A stretch of 64,000 bases of DNA. Origin: Planctomycetota bacterium. GTDB taxonomy: Bacteria > Planctomycetota > Phycisphaerae > UBA1845. Both the position numbers and the translations under genes were made by a program. The stretch is from assembly GCA_024276605.1 (NCBI GenBank), contig JAJRWX010000098.1:11113-75112 (forward strand), given 5' to 3'. The notes beneath the pieces were generated by a model. The model made no database searches. It was not told where the DNA came from and saw nothing but the letters and a program-made list of their open reading frames with translations. Positions 49,193 to 59,620 of this stretch are shown here, piece by piece (positions within the stretch are counted from its first letter, which is position 1; each line of letters opens with the position of its first letter).

Positions 49193-49612
49193 ATGGCGAT
49201 GATGCCCAAACGAGTTAAATGGCGTAAAAGCCATCGTGGAAAGATTCGCGGTCGCGCGACGAGCGGTAACTCGCCTGCCTACGGTGAGTATGGTCTTCAG
49301 TCGTTAAGCCCCGGATGGATTACCGCTAGACAGATTGAAGCGGGTAGAATCGCTGCGACGCACTTTCTTCGTCGTGAAGGTAAAATTTATGTTCGTATTT
49401 TTCCGCACAAACCAGTGTCTTCAAAGCCATTGGAAACGCGCATGGGAAAAGGTAAAGGTGATCCGGAATTTTGGGTAGCATGTGTCCGGGAAGGGACCAT
49501 CTTGTTTGAAATTTCCGGTGTAAAGGAAGAGTTAGCTCGTACAGCGTTGGCGCGGGTGGCCCATAAGATGCCCTATCGATGCCGATTTGTGAAAAGGCGT
49601 CATGGTTTATAG
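49193..49612 (+). CDS. rplP: 50S ribosomal protein L16
   Basis: PKRVKWRK, RQIEAGR, ETRMGKGKG. Confidence 0.98.
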   Translation: MAMMPKRVKWRKSHRGKIRGRATSGNSPAYGEYGLQSLSPGWITARQIEAGRIAATHFLRREGKIYVRIFPHKPVSSKPLETRMGKGKGDPEFWVACVREGTILFEISGVKEELARTALARVAHKMPYRCRFVKRRHGL

Positions 49613-49654
49613 ACGCTGGTTAATGCAGAGGTGCGAGGCTGAGGTTTCTTGCTG

Positions 49655-49855
49655 ATGAAGATTTCTGAAATACGCGATATGAAGACTGCGGAGCTGAAGC
49701 ACGAAGTTGAACGAGTGCGGCAACATGTATTTGAGTTGCGCTCTCAGGCTGTTACGGAAAAGCTTGAGAACCCGCACCAGATCAAATTAGCCAGGCGCGA
49801 TATTGCTCGCATGATGACGGTGCTACATGATCGTGGCATTCGGGACGTGGGATAA
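49655..49855 (+). CDS. rpmC: 50S ribosomal protein L29
   Basis: EIR.M...EL, FELR, RRDIARMMT. Confidence 0.95.
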   Translation: MKISEIRDMKTAELKHEVERVRQHVFELRSQAVTEKLENPHQIKLARRDIARMMTVLHDRGIRDVG

Positions 49856-49905
49856 TAGAAGGACTGTTAGTGTCGAATGCGACGCTTGAAGGATACAGAA
49901 CTTTG

Positions 49906-50190
49906 ATGACCGAACAGTTAAAAGTGGATGATAAAACACGGCGTAATCAACGAGAGTTACGCGTGGGGACTGTGGTTGCCAAAAGTGGCGACAAATCGAT
50001 CCGTGTGCAGTACGACTATATCGTGCGTCATCCAAAGTATGGTAAGTATTTAAGACGTCGAACTACGCTTTGTACGCACGATGGTCAAAACCAAGCGGGT
50101 GTAGGCGATTTGGTCGAAGTGATGTCTTGTCGAAGGATGTCAAAGACGAAATGTTGGGTGTTGAAGCGCGTCGTGCGTACCGCGAAATGA
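49906..50190 (+). CDS. rpsQ: 30S ribosomal protein S17
   Basis: G.VV..S.DK, HPKYGK, HD..N....GD.V, SKTK.W; ATG 49906 with AAGGA. Confidence 0.96.
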   Translation: MTEQLKVDDKTRRNQRELRVGTVVAKSGDKSIRVQYDYIVRHPKYGKYLRRRTTLCTHDGQNQAGVGDLVEVMSCRRMSKTKCWVLKRVVRTAK

Positions 50191-50235
50191 CCTTGTCGGC
50201 TTTTTATCGACGTTGTAACGTCTTGAGAGTGGATC

Positions 50236-50652
50236 ATGATTCAATTACAAACCGTAGTGGACGTGGCTGATAACAGTGGCGCCAAGACGGCTATGGTATT
50301 TAATGTTTATAAGGGAAGCACCTCTCGCCGTGGCAAGAAGCGTCTCAAACATGCCAAGATCGGTGATATTGTGCTCGTATCCGTTAAAAAATCACTACCC
50401 AATAGCGATTTTGCAGGCGGGTCGGATCGTAAAGATCGATCCAAACGTCGAAAGGCTCGGGCGGTTGTCGTTCGCTCTAAGTTTCCAGTACGGCGGGCTG
50501 ATGGCAGTTATGTGCGATTCGATAGCAATGCGGTTGTGCTGATCGACGAAAAAGACGAACCTCGTGGCACGCGTATTTTTGGCGCCGTTGCCCGTGAGCT
50601 TCGTGAGAAGAATTTTATGAAGATTGTTTCCTTAGCGGAAGAGGTTGTATAA
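50236..50652 (+). CDS. rplN: 50S ribosomal protein L14
   Basis: MIQ..T...[20 protein letters not shown]; two basic insertions. Confidence 0.97.
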   Translation: MIQLQTVVDVADNSGAKTAMVFNVYKGSTSRRGKKRLKHAKIGDIVLVSVKKSLPNSDFAGGSDRKDRSKRRKARAVVVRSKFPVRRADGSYVRFDSNAVVLIDEKDEPRGTRIFGAVARELREKNFMKIVSLAEEVV

Positions 50653-50693
50653 GCACGTTGCTCACGATAGAGCTAGGCACCCGGTTACGTATT

Positions 50694-51050
50694 ATGAAGA
50701 CTCATATTCGCAAGAACGACCTAGTCGAAGTTATTTCCGGCGATCACCGAGGTGCCCGGGGCAAGGTGTTGCGCCTCGATAGGGAACAGGGGATTGTGGT
50801 GATCGAAGGGGTGAACATGGTATATCGTCATGTACGTCCTACTCGCAAGAATCCTCAAGGTGGGCGCGTACAAAAAGAGGCTGCCATCCATATATCCAAT
50901 GTACTACTGTATGACAGTGCTAGTGGTCGTGGTCGTAGAACGAGGTTTGAAGTCGCTTTGAATGATGCCGGTAGGGTAGTCTCCAAGAAGCGTATGACGG
51001 TTGGTGGTACGGTGATCAATACCATCACCAAACCGGAGAAAACCAAATAA
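50694..51050 (+). CDS. rplX: 50S ribosomal protein L24
   Basis: IRKNDLVEVISG..RG..GKV, EGVN, EAAIHISNV. Confidence 0.96.
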   Translation: MKTHIRKNDLVEVISGDHRGARGKVLRLDREQGIVVIEGVNMVYRHVRPTRKNPQGGRVQKEAAIHISNVLLYDSASGRGRRTRFEVALNDAGRVVSKKRMTVGGTVINTITKPEKTK

Positions 51051-51092
51051 TCGACACACCATCCGAAAAGATGGTCGCGGAGTAGAGTGCTA

Positions 51093-51647
51093 ATGGTTAG
51101 GTTGTTGGAACGATATAAAAAAGAGATTCTCCCTGAGCTTCAGTCAGAGTTGGGTATTGCCAATCGGATGGCTATTCCAAGATTGACCAAGGTCGTTGTA
51201 ACGATGGGCACGGGTTCACCGCAGATTGATAAAAATCGTTTAGGGATCGTGGTTGAAGATCTAGCAAAAATTACGGGTCAAAAACCCGCCTTGCGGCGAG
51301 CCAGGAAAAGTGTATCTAATTTCAAACTTCGGGAAGGCATGGAAGTGGGATGTCAGGTGACGCTTAGGGGGGCGAGAATGTATGAGTTTGTAGATCGATT
51401 GATTCAAACCACCATACCCCGCTTTCGTGATTTTCGTGGACTCAATCCACGTAGTTTTGACGGTCGTGGTAACTATTCGATGGGTGTCGCTGATCAATCG
51501 GTGTTCCCGGAGATTGACGTAACAAGAATTACCGTTAGCCAGGGAATGAACATTACATTTGTCACAACAGCACAAAACGATTTACATGGTAAAAGCCTGC
51601 TGAAAAAGCTAGGTATGCCGTTTCGTGTTACGGAAGAGCAGTCATAA
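51093..51647 (+). CDS. rplE: 50S ribosomal protein L5
   Basis: ITGQKP, FKLREG, RFRDFRG, FDGRGNY. Confidence 0.98.
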   Translation: MVRLLERYKKEILPELQSELGIANRMAIPRLTKVVVTMGTGSPQIDKNRLGIVVEDLAKITGQKPALRRARKSVSNFKLREGMEVGCQVTLRGARMYEFVDRLIQTTIPRFRDFRGLNPRSFDGRGNYSMGVADQSVFPEIDVTRITVSQGMNITFVTTAQNDLHGKSLLKKLGMPFRVTEEQS

Positions 51648-51649
51648 TT

Positions 51650-51835
51650 ATGGCAACAAAAACCTGGGTCATTAAGGCTCATAAGCCACCAAAATTTCAG
51701 AGTCGAATCGTTCGCCGTTGTGAACTATGCGGTCGATCGAAGGCGGTATATCGAAAGTTTCGTCTATGCCGTATTTGTTTTCGTAGTCTCGCGTTGGAAG
51801 GCATGATTCCCGGTGTGCGCAAGGCGAGTTGGTAG
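51650..51835 (+). CDS. rpsN: 30S ribosomal protein S14, zinc-binding (type Z)
   Basis: RCELCGR...[15 protein letters not shown]; 61 aa. Confidence 0.97.
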   Translation: MATKTWVIKAHKPPKFQSRIVRRCELCGRSKAVYRKFRLCRICFRSLALEGMIPGVRKASW

Positions 51836-51909
51836 TTTGTATTTGTCGTTTGGTTTGTAATGTACGGTCTCGCTCCTTTCGCGACAGCCGTGCTTTAAGG
51901 ATGTAATCG

Positions 51910-52305
51910 ATGTGGTCTGATCCGATCGCAGATATGTTGACGCGTATTCGCAACGCCGCCAGAGTACGGCGGAGTGCTGTAACGATTCCTTCGTCTAAGC
52001 TCAAAGTAGGCATAGCTACAGTGCTCAAGACAGAGGGTTATATTAACGATTTTGATGTCATCGAAGACAACAAACAGGGGCAGCTGCGCATCAACCTCAA
52101 ATATGGCGCCCGTGGTGAAGACATCATTCACAAATTACAGCGATGTTCTAAGCCCGGCTGTCGAGTTTACCGTGGGGTGAATGATATTCCGCGTGTGTTA
52201 GATGGGCTAGGTGTTGCGATTTTGTCCACCAGTAGTGGTGTGTTGAGTGATCGTAGCTGTCGCGAAAAGCAAGTCGGTGGCGAATTGTTGTGTACTGTTT
52301 ATTAG
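51910..52305 (+). CDS. rpsH: 30S ribosomal protein S8
   Basis: [30 protein letters not shown]. Confidence 0.98.
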   Translation: MWSDPIADMLTRIRNAARVRRSAVTIPSSKLKVGIATVLKTEGYINDFDVIEDNKQGQLRINLKYGARGEDIIHKLQRCSKPGCRVYRGVNDIPRVLDGLGVAILSTSSGVLSDRSCREKQVGGELLCTVY

Positions 52306-52375
52306 CCTAGTTTTTGTGTAACGTACGCTTCTTAAGTGTACGGTAATAAAGGTTTTACGAACCAGGAAAGCAGAT

Positions 52376-52969
52376 ATGTCACGTGTCGGAGCAAAACCCA
52401 TCACACTACCCGCCGGCGTTACGGTCAAAGTAAGCGGACGTGAGGTGTCCGTCACTGGTCCGAAGGGCACTAGTTCAATGACGGTACCGCATTCTGCTAA
52501 AGTTGACTATGACCAGGCCGGCAAGATAGTCAGTGTGGGACGCACGGACGATACCAAACAAAGCAGGGCTAATCATGGGCTTGTTCGCGCTTTGATTGCC
52601 AACATGGTTGAAGGGGTGACGACTGGATTTGAAAAACGGCTTGAAATATATGGGACGGGTTATAACTGCAAGTTGCAGGGGAAAACGCTCCATTTGAATG
52701 TTGGCTTTACCGGTCGAAATCGCGGTAAGGGTTCTCAGTTTGAGTTGCCTGTGCCGGATGGGATCGAGATTGTGGTAGAAAAAGAAGCGGCTCGTGGTGA
52801 TACCGATCCGGCAGAGGTTGTGATTCGCGGCACGGACAAGCAAAAGGTCGGTCAGTTTGCAGCGGAAGTTCGAGCACTGCGGAAGACTGAACCCTACAAA
52901 GGTAAAGGTATTCGCTATAAAGGCGAATATGTGCGGCGTAAACAAGGAAAAGCACTAACAAGCGGTTAA
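52376..52969 (+). CDS. rplF: 50S ribosomal protein L6
   Basis: MSRVG..PI, GPKG, DKQKVGQFAA, EPYKGKGIRY. Confidence 0.98.
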   Translation: MSRVGAKPITLPAGVTVKVSGREVSVTGPKGTSSMTVPHSAKVDYDQAGKIVSVGRTDDTKQSRANHGLVRALIANMVEGVTTGFEKRLEIYGTGYNCKLQGKTLHLNVGFTGRNRGKGSQFELPVPDGIEIVVEKEAARGDTDPAEVVIRGTDKQKVGQFAAEVRALRKTEPYKGKGIRYKGEYVRRKQGKALTSG

Positions 52970-53011
52970 GTTGGTGGGTTGTGTGGGTCATTTGATGTTA
53001 GGCGTTGTGAT

Positions 53012-53380
53012 ATGGAAGGTGTAGAAATACGGGTTCGTCGTAGAATCCGCCGTAAGCGAGGTTTGACGAAGCGGCTGCGTGGTTCAGCGGAATGTCCGCG
53101 CCTTACAGTGTTTCGGTCACTTACTCACATATATGCGCAAATTATCGATGACGAGAAAGGTGTTACATTGTGTTCTTGTAGCACCCGTGGCAAGGATCTT
53201 CGTAGTGAAATTTCCAGCGGTGGTGGCAAGGAGGCTGCGAAAGTAGTTGGGGCAGCGTTAGCGAAGACTGCACTGGATAAAAATATTGAACGTATATGCT
53301 TCGATCGTAATGGATACCGGTATCATGGTCGCGTAAAGGCGTTAGCCGATGCCGTTCGCGAAGCGGGATTGAAATTCTAG
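53012..53380 (+). CDS. rplR: 50S ribosomal protein L18
   Basis: [29 protein letters not shown]. Confidence 0.97.
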   Translation: MEGVEIRVRRRIRRKRGLTKRLRGSAECPRLTVFRSLTHIYAQIIDDEKGVTLCSCSTRGKDLRSEISSGGGKEAAKVVGAALAKTALDKNIERICFDRNGYRYHGRVKALADAVREAGLKF

Positions 53381-53435
53381 TTTTAGTATGAGTATGCTGA
53401 CCAACGGTGTCAGTCGGCTAACGAGACGAAATAGT

Positions 53436-53936
53436 ATGCAACAGCAAAAGGTTTTTCAGTCCGAAGGTAGCGAGTACGACGATAATGTCGTGCGCATTTA
53501 TCGGTGCTCGTGCGTGGTTCGGGGGGGACGTCGTTTCAGTTTTGGATCCCTCGTTGTCGTGGGTGATCGTCAAGGAAAAGTCGGTGTTGGGTATGGTAAG
53601 GCGCGTGAAGTACCGAGTTCAGTAGATAAAGGTCGTAAAATTGCCAACGCCAAGATGAAACGATACCCGCTTGAAGGGGGCACTATTCCCCATCGCGTGG
53701 TGGGTCGCTATGGTGCCAGTAAAGTTGTCATGGTGCCGGCTAGTCCCGGAACCGGCGTCATCGCCGGCGGCTCAGTTCGTGCCGTATTGGAATTGGTTGG
53801 CGTGCATGATATTCTCACAAAAAGCTATGGTTCTAATACGCCCAAAAACCTTGTCCGCGCAACGATCAATGGCCTGGAGCAGCTCATTAGCCGGCAACAG
53901 GTTGAGCGACTGCGTAATGTCACTTTAGCAAGTTAG
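53436..53936 (+). CDS. rpsE: 30S ribosomal protein S5
   Basis: GGRRFSF..LVVVGD, GTGVIAGG.VRAV; start uncertain (53388 or 53436). Confidence 0.97.
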   Translation: MQQQKVFQSEGSEYDDNVVRIYRCSCVVRGGRRFSFGSLVVVGDRQGKVGVGYGKAREVPSSVDKGRKIANAKMKRYPLEGGTIPHRVVGRYGASKVVMVPASPGTGVIAGGSVRAVLELVGVHDILTKSYGSNTPKNLVRATINGLEQLISRQQVERLRNVTLAS

Positions 53937-53947
53937 GCTACGTAAGC

Positions 53948-54403
53948 ATGAATATCACGGAGATTACTAAAATTGCTGGTGGCCATAAGCGGCGTAAGCG
54001 TGTTGGTCGTGGAAATGGCTCTGGGTCCGGCAAGACTTGTGGCCGGGGGCACAAGGGGTTTGGACAGCGCAGTGGGTCTAAATTTCGTGCTCAATCCGAG
54101 GGTGGTCAAATGCCCACGTTTCGGCGATTACCAAAGCGCGGTTTTAACAATGCTCAGTTTACGACGCGCTATAGCGTCGTTAACGTAGCCGCGTTGGAAG
54201 AACGTTTTGACGCGAATGCCCACGTGACGCCACAGGCGCTGGTTGAGGCAGGATTAGTTCGTAACTTACGTCTACCGATTAAAGTGCTCGGGAATGGTGA
54301 TCTCAAGAAAAAGTTAAAAGTTGATGTCGCCAAATATAGTGACGCTGCCAGGCAAAAAATCGAAGCCGCAGGTGGGCAAGTATGTGTAAGCAAACCAAGA
54401 TAG
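53948..54403 (+). CDS. rplO: 50S ribosomal protein L15
   Basis: RVGRGNGSG.GKTCGRG.KG, EGGQMP..RRLPKRGF. Confidence 0.98.
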   Translation: MNITEITKIAGGHKRRKRVGRGNGSGSGKTCGRGHKGFGQRSGSKFRAQSEGGQMPTFRRLPKRGFNNAQFTTRYSVVNVAALEERFDANAHVTPQALVEAGLVRNLRLPIKVLGNGDLKKKLKVDVAKYSDAARQKIEAAGGQVCVSKPR

Positions 54404-54442
54404 TTGCAGGAAGTTCAATAAGGCGGAAGCCTGGAATAAGAT

Positions 54443-55804
54443 ATGTTTTCGACATTTATTAACATTTTCAAGATTCCTGAATTGCGCAATAAGATCCTGT
54501 TCACGCTTGGGATGTTAGCGGCTTATCGCATCGGTTTTTGTGTTCCGGTTCCCGGAGTGGATCAAGCCGCGATGACGGCTAACTCCAGCGGTAGTTCCGG
54601 AGGTTTGCTTGATTACTTCCAGATTTTCACCGGTGGTAATTTAACGCAGAGTACTATCTTTGGCCTGGGTATCATGCCCTATATTTCAGCTTCCATTATC
54701 TTCCAACTGCTGGTGACTGTTGTGCCGGCGTTTGAGAAGCTTTCTCAAGAGGGTGAAAGCGGTCGAAAGAAAATTCAAGAATACACGCGATACGCTACAG
54801 TGGGTCTTTGTATCATCCAGGCTATGTTTTGGATGAAGTATTTATCCAGCTCAAACTTGATCTTTCCGGAATTCCAAGGCGCGTTTTTGGGGATGACTTT
54901 CAGTTACATGCTTTTAGCTATACTCATGTTGACCACAGGGACTGTTTTTCTCATGTGGCTTGGTGAGCAAATTGATGAGTATGGTATCGGAAACGGTATT
55001 TCTCTCATTATTATGGCTGGTATCGTCGCCCATATTCCTCAAGCAGTCATGTATGTGAAACAAAACCTGACGTTTCAGGGAGCCGCTGCCCCCGGGCAGA
55101 TGGATGTCCCCAAGGTCATGCTTTTGATTCTGATGTTCGTTGGCGTAGTTGCCGGTGCTATTTTGATTACGCAAGCCCAGCGGCGCATCCCGATTCAACA
55201 AGCCAAACAAACGCGTGGTCGGCGCGTCTACGGTGGGCAGCGTCACTATCTACCACTCCGCGTCAACCACGGCGGCGTTATGCCCATCATTTTTGCCAGT
55301 TCAATGATGATTTTTCCCGGTATTATATTCGGCATGTTTGCCGGGCGCTGGCCTAATAGTTTCTGGTTCCGCTTGCAGCAGGAATTCCAGATGAATGGTT
55401 ATGTGTACACGTTGTGTTACATTTTAGTCATATATTTCTTCGCGTATTTTTGGACTACGGTTCAATTTCGCCCCAAGGAAATGGCTAACAACCTAAGAGA
55501 CTATGGTAGCTTTATTCCTGGGCTTCGACCTGGAAAGCGTACCGCAGATTACCTTGAGCGTGTGATGGGAAGAATTACATATGTCGGAGCTGGTTTTCTC
55601 GCTTTAATTGCGATTATACCTACGTTAGTTGCCAAGTCGTTGAACGTGCCCTTTATGGTCTCGTCATTGCTTGGTGGTACCGGCTTGCTTATTGTTGTGA
55701 GTGTGACGCTGGATCTTGTACAGCGCATCGAGGCAAACTTGACGATGCGAAATTATGACGGTTTTCTCGGTCCTGAGGGGCCGATTAAGGGTGCGCGTTC
55801 TTAA
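54443..55804 (+). CDS. secY: Preprotein translocase subunit SecY
   Basis: LGIMPYISASII, WLGEQIDEYGIGNGISL, FIPGLRPG, GGTGLLIVV. Confidence 0.99.
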   Translation: MFSTFINIFKIPELRNKILFTLGMLAAYRIGFCVPVPGVDQAAMTANSSGSSGGLLDYFQIFTGGNLTQSTIFGLGIMPYISASIIFQLLVTVVPAFEKLSQEGESGRKKIQEYTRYATVGLCIIQAMFWMKYLSSSNLIFPEFQGAFLGMTFSYMLLAILMLTTGTVFLMWLGEQIDEYGIGNGISLIIMAGIVAHIPQAVMYVKQNLTFQGAAAPGQMDVPKVMLLILMFVGVVAGAILITQAQRRIPIQQAKQTRGRRVYGGQRHYLPLRVNHGGVMPIIFASSMMIFPGIIFGMFAGRWPNSFWFRLQQEFQMNGYVYTLCYILVIYFFAYFWTTVQFRPKEMANNLRDYGSFIPGLRPGKRTADYLERVMGRITYVGAGFLALIAIIPTLVAKSLNVPFMVSSLLGGTGLLIVVSVTLDLVQRIEANLTMRNYDGFLGPEGPIKGARS

Positions 55805-55881
55805 TAGGATTTTAGCGACAATCGTCGCAGGTTGGGCCATACCTCGACGATTGCCTAGCATGACTTGCGACCAGTAATGCC

Positions 55882-56700
55882 ATGAAAGAGCGACGACCAG
55901 AAAGTCTGATGCAGAATAACGGCATCATATTAAAAAGTGCCCGCGAGATTGAGTTAATTAGAGCAGCGGGAAAGGTGGTTCATACGGTTTTGACGATGAT
56001 GCGAGAGCATGTCAGACCAGGTGTGACAACCGCATCGCTGAACGAATTGGCTGAGACGTACATTGCTGAGGCCGGTGGAGAAGCACTATTTAAGGGTGTA
56101 GAAAACCCGCAAGCTGGCTTTCCGTTTCCTGCGGCATTATGCACCAGTGTAAACGAAGAGTTGGTCCATGGTATTCCCAACGACAGGCCGCTGAAAGATG
56201 GCGACATTGTGGGTATTGACTGTGGCGTGAAATTAGCTGGATATTGCGGAGATTCAGCTTCGACGTTTTCAGTCGGCACCATCGACCCGGAAGTTGACCG
56301 CTTGATGAAAGTGACTCAGCAGGCGCTGATGAAGGCTATTGAAGGTATTAGGCCTGGTCGTATGTGGAGCGAAGTGGCCCTTGAGATTCAGTCCTATGTA
56401 GAGGGCGAGGGTTTCTCCGTTGTGAGAGAGTTTGTGGGGCATGGCATTGGTCGGGATCTACATGAAGAACCAAAGGTGCCCAATTATTGGGATAAACGCC
56501 AAAAACAGCCGGATTTTGAGTTGCAGGAAAATATGGTCCTGGCCATCGAACCGATGGTCAATATGGGGTCAGCTGCGGTAGAATTTGGTGATAAGGATCG
56601 GTGGGTTGTCGTGACTCGCGATCGAAAGTTTTGTGCCCATTTTGAGCACACGATGGCTGTGACTAAGTCGGGGGCGGACCTATTAACAGATGGTCGTTGA
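55882..56700 (+). CDS. map: Methionine aminopeptidase type I
   Basis: SVNEELVHGIP, GDIV.ID.G, GHGIG..LHEEP, AIEPM, AHFEHT. Confidence 0.97.
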   Translation: MKERRPESLMQNNGIILKSAREIELIRAAGKVVHTVLTMMREHVRPGVTTASLNELAETYIAEAGGEALFKGVENPQAGFPFPAALCTSVNEELVHGIPNDRPLKDGDIVGIDCGVKLAGYCGDSASTFSVGTIDPEVDRLMKVTQQALMKAIEGIRPGRMWSEVALEIQSYVEGEGFSVVREFVGHGIGRDLHEEPKVPNYWDKRQKQPDFELQENMVLAIEPMVNMGSAAVEFGDKDRWVVVTRDRKFCAHFEHTMAVTKSGADLLTDGR

Positions 56701-56740
56701 TCGTTGACGTCACAGCCGATGTAAGCGAGGGAATGAAATC

Positions 56741-56854
56741 ATGAAAGTTCGTGCGAGCGTTCGCAGAATTTGCGAAAACTGTAAAATTATCAAACGCAAA
56801 GGCGTGGTGCGTGTGGTGTGCACAAATCCCCGTCATAAGCAGCGACAAGGTTAG
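56741..56854 (+). CDS. rpmJ: 50S ribosomal protein L36
   Basis: Translated by hand (absent from the ORF track): [37 protein letters not shown]. Confidence 0.98.
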   Translation: MKVRASVRRICENCKIIKRKGVVRVVCTNPRHKQRQG

Positions 56855-56866
56855 AGGGAGCGGATT

Positions 56867-57250
56867 ATGCCACGTATTGCCGGTGTTGATATCCCTGCGA
56901 ACAAGCGCATTGAGTTTTCACTGCGATATATTCACGGCGTGGGGCCTAAAGTCGCGTTGGACATACTCAAAGAAGCTCAGATTGAGGTCGGTACATCGGC
57001 CAAAGATTTGACTGATGAGCAGGTCACACAAATTGCAGGTGTCATCGATCGTAGTATTCAAGTGGAAGGCCAGCTAAGGCGGGCGGTTCAACAAAACATT
57101 GCTAGGCTCCGAGACATCAAGTGTTATCGTGGTTCGAGGCATCGTACTCATTTGCCTGTTCGTGGGCAGCGTACCCGTACTAATGCACGGACGCGTAAGG
57201 GACCAAAGAAGACTGTAGCTGGTAAGAAGAGCGTCAAGGAATTGCGCTAA
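56867..57250 (+). CDS. rpsM: 30S ribosomal protein S13
   Basis: [25 protein letters not shown]. Confidence 0.99.
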   Translation: MPRIAGVDIPANKRIEFSLRYIHGVGPKVALDILKEAQIEVGTSAKDLTDEQVTQIAGVIDRSIQVEGQLRRAVQQNIARLRDIKCYRGSRHRTHLPVRGQRTRTNARTRKGPKKTVAGKKSVKELR

Positions 57251-57269
57251 TCGATGAAGGAGTGATTCT

Positions 57270-57656
57270 ATGGCGAAGCGATCGGGCGGAAAACGGAAAG
57301 TTCGGCGAAATGTAGCCAGGGGCATTGTCCATATCAAAGCCTCGTTCAACAATACGCTGGTGACCATTACAGATGTTAATGGCGAGGTGGTTTGTCGCGC
57401 TTCCGCCGGCACCGTCGGTTTTAAGGGTACACGAAAAAGTACGCCTTTTGCTGCTCAGCGTGCGACGGAACAAGCCGCTCACGCAGCGAGAAAATATGGT
57501 ATGCAGGAAGTTGAAGTCCGTGTGAAAGGCCCAGGCGGCGGTCGCGATTCTGCCATCACAGCCTTGCAGGGTGCGGGACTTCGCATTCATTCGATTGAAG
57601 ATGTGACACCGTTACCGCATAACGGATGTCGCCCGGCCAAACGCCGGCGTGTGTAA
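57270..57656 (+). CDS. rpsK: 30S ribosomal protein S11
   Basis: [27 protein letters not shown]. Confidence 0.99.
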   Translation: MAKRSGGKRKVRRNVARGIVHIKASFNNTLVTITDVNGEVVCRASAGTVGFKGTRKSTPFAAQRATEQAAHAARKYGMQEVEVRVKGPGGGRDSAITALQGAGLRIHSIEDVTPLPHNGCRPAKRRRV

Positions 57657-57740
57657 CGTTTTTCTGTGTAGTCGGCAATGACGATTCTACGTTGAAGTGT
57701 TGGATGGAAGATCATAGCTAGGATTGTTTAGGCGTTAGAC

Positions 57741-58370
57741 ATGGGTAGATATATTGGACCGGTATGCAGACTTTGTCGCCGTGAGGGCATCAAGCTGATG
57801 CTTAAAGGCGCACGCTGCGAAACTGCAAAGTGCGCCATGGAAAAGCAATGGCGGGCAAAACCGCCGGGGATGCACGGTTGGCGGCGACGCAAAGGTAAAG
57901 ATTACGTCGTGCGTCTGCGTGAAAAACAAAAGGTCAAACGTTATTATGGCGTGCTGGAACGCCAGTTCATGATCTATTTCCGCACGGCTGAACGTAGTAA
58001 AGGCAACACCGGTGAGGCGCTTCTGTCATTGTTAGAACGCCGATTTGATAACGTCGTATGGAAGCTCGGCTTTGCACCTTCGCATCGCGCGGCGCGAGCG
58101 GCTATTGCTCACGGTCACTTTTATGTGAACGGTCGGCGACTCAATCGTCCGAGTTATCTCGTTCGACAGGGAGACACCATTGGTGTCAAGCCGGCGGATC
58201 GTAGCAAGAATATGGTGCAAGCCAATGTGGGAGATGGTGTACCTACTTTGCAATCATGGTTGTCGCTCGATACGAAAACGTTGGAAGGTAATATTACAGC
58301 GATGCCTACCAGGGAAGATGTGCAAATTCCGGTAGAAGAGCAGCTGATCATCGAAATGTGTAGTCGGTAG
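57741..58370 (+). CDS. rpsD: 30S ribosomal protein S4
   Basis: RYIGPVCRLCRREG, LREKQK, LERRFDNVV. Confidence 0.98.
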   Translation: MGRYIGPVCRLCRREGIKLMLKGARCETAKCAMEKQWRAKPPGMHGWRRRKGKDYVVRLREKQKVKRYYGVLERQFMIYFRTAERSKGNTGEALLSLLERRFDNVVWKLGFAPSHRAARAAIAHGHFYVNGRRLNRPSYLVRQGDTIGVKPADRSKNMVQANVGDGVPTLQSWLSLDTKTLEGNITAMPTREDVQIPVEEQLIIEMCSR

Positions 58371-58449
58371 TAACCGACTGGTTAATATTCAACTGGCGAG
58401 CTTAGTGCTCGTTGGTCTAGTCCCGCATAGTCGGGTGGAGGTCATCCCA

Positions 58450-59559
58450 ATGCGTATTCGCTGGCGAGGATTAGAGTTGCCGGGCCGTATTCGTCGCGAC
58501 GAAGCGGTGAGCAACGAATCGTACGCGCGTTGTACCATTGAACCGTTTGAGCAGGGTTATGGAACTACGATTGGCAACTCGCTACGCCGCGTGTTGCTAT
58601 CGAGCTTGGAAGGCTCTGCGATTACATCTGTCAAAATTGATGGTGTTGCTCATGAATTCGCCTCAATGGACGGTATCATCGAGGATGTCGTAGACATCAT
58701 TCTCAACGTCAAAGGTATTACCGTTAAATACGATGGTGAAGAAACGAAAACCATCACCGTTGAGCGCACGAAAGCTGGTCAAGTCAAAGCCGGTGACATT
58801 GTCACTGACCCGGCAGTGACCATCATGAATCCAGATCATGTGATTGCAACGCTGTCAACGGACGTGCCTTTCCGTGCCGAATTTACCGTACAGGCCGGGC
58901 GGGGGTATGCGACCTCTAAGGACAATCGCACACCTGAGCAAGAGGTAGGTGTGATTCCTGTAGACGCCGTTTATTCGCCGATTCTTCGTGTACGTTATCG
59001 CACTGAGGATATTCGCGTTGGCCAGCGTACTAATTACGATCGCTTGATTTTAGAAGTTTGGACGGACGGTTCGATTCTTCCTGAAGATGCCTTAGTTGAA
59101 GCGGCGATGATTTTACGCAAGCATCTCAATCCTATAGTCATGTATCAAGAGTATGGCGATGAGATGGTTGACATGCCGGATTTGGGTGAGGACTTATCGA
59201 TGGGGACAAGAGATAAGTCGCTAGACGATTTGCTGGATCGACCGGTATCTTCACTCAGTCTTTCAGTTCGTTCAGGAAACTGCCTGGAAGCCGCCCGAAT
59301 CACCACGCTTCGACAGTTGGTTCAGCTTACGGAAGGTGACTTAAATCGATTGCGCAGTTTTGGTAAAACATCTTTGCAGGAAGTTCAACGGGAGCTTGCT
59401 CAATTAGGTTTGCAGTTAGGTCTTATTCCTAAAGATCCTCCTGTGGGTGGGCCTACGACAGTTTCGGGTGTTGGGTCGTTGCCGGAGCCACCGGCGCCGC
59501 CTAGTTCACCGAACGACGCTGCGTCCGGCCCGATGGCGGCATTTACAATGAATGATTAG
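58450..59559 (+). CDS. rpoA: RNA polymerase alpha subunit
   Basis: EPFEQGYGTTIGNSLRRVLLSSL, LSVRSGNCL, FGKTSL; Pro-rich C-terminal tail; ATG 58450 with GGAGG. Confidence 0.98.
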   Translation: MRIRWRGLELPGRIRRDEAVSNESYARCTIEPFEQGYGTTIGNSLRRVLLSSLEGSAITSVKIDGVAHEFASMDGIIEDVVDIILNVKGITVKYDGEETKTITVERTKAGQVKAGDIVTDPAVTIMNPDHVIATLSTDVPFRAEFTVQAGRGYATSKDNRTPEQEVGVIPVDAVYSPILRVRYRTEDIRVGQRTNYDRLILEVWTDGSILPEDALVEAAMILRKHLNPIVMYQEYGDEMVDMPDLGEDLSMGTRDKSLDDLLDRPVSSLSLSVRSGNCLEAARITTLRQLVQLTEGDLNRLRSFGKTSLQEVQRELAQLGLQLGLIPKDPPVGGPTTVSGVGSLPEPPAPPSSPNDAASGPMAAFTMND

Positions 59560-59620
59560 GGAAGAATGGCTTTATCTTAGGCGTTACGTCCTGTCAGATA
59601 TGTGAGAGGCTTTTTGTATC

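Noticed and set aside
55819..55853. Strong hairpin between secY and map
   Set aside because: No U-tract follows, so it is not called a terminator. It may be a processing or stability stem, but nothing else supports that.
56751..57011. 86-aa ORF in the track
   Set aside because: Out-of-frame shadow of the real rpmJ (56741-56854) and rpsM.
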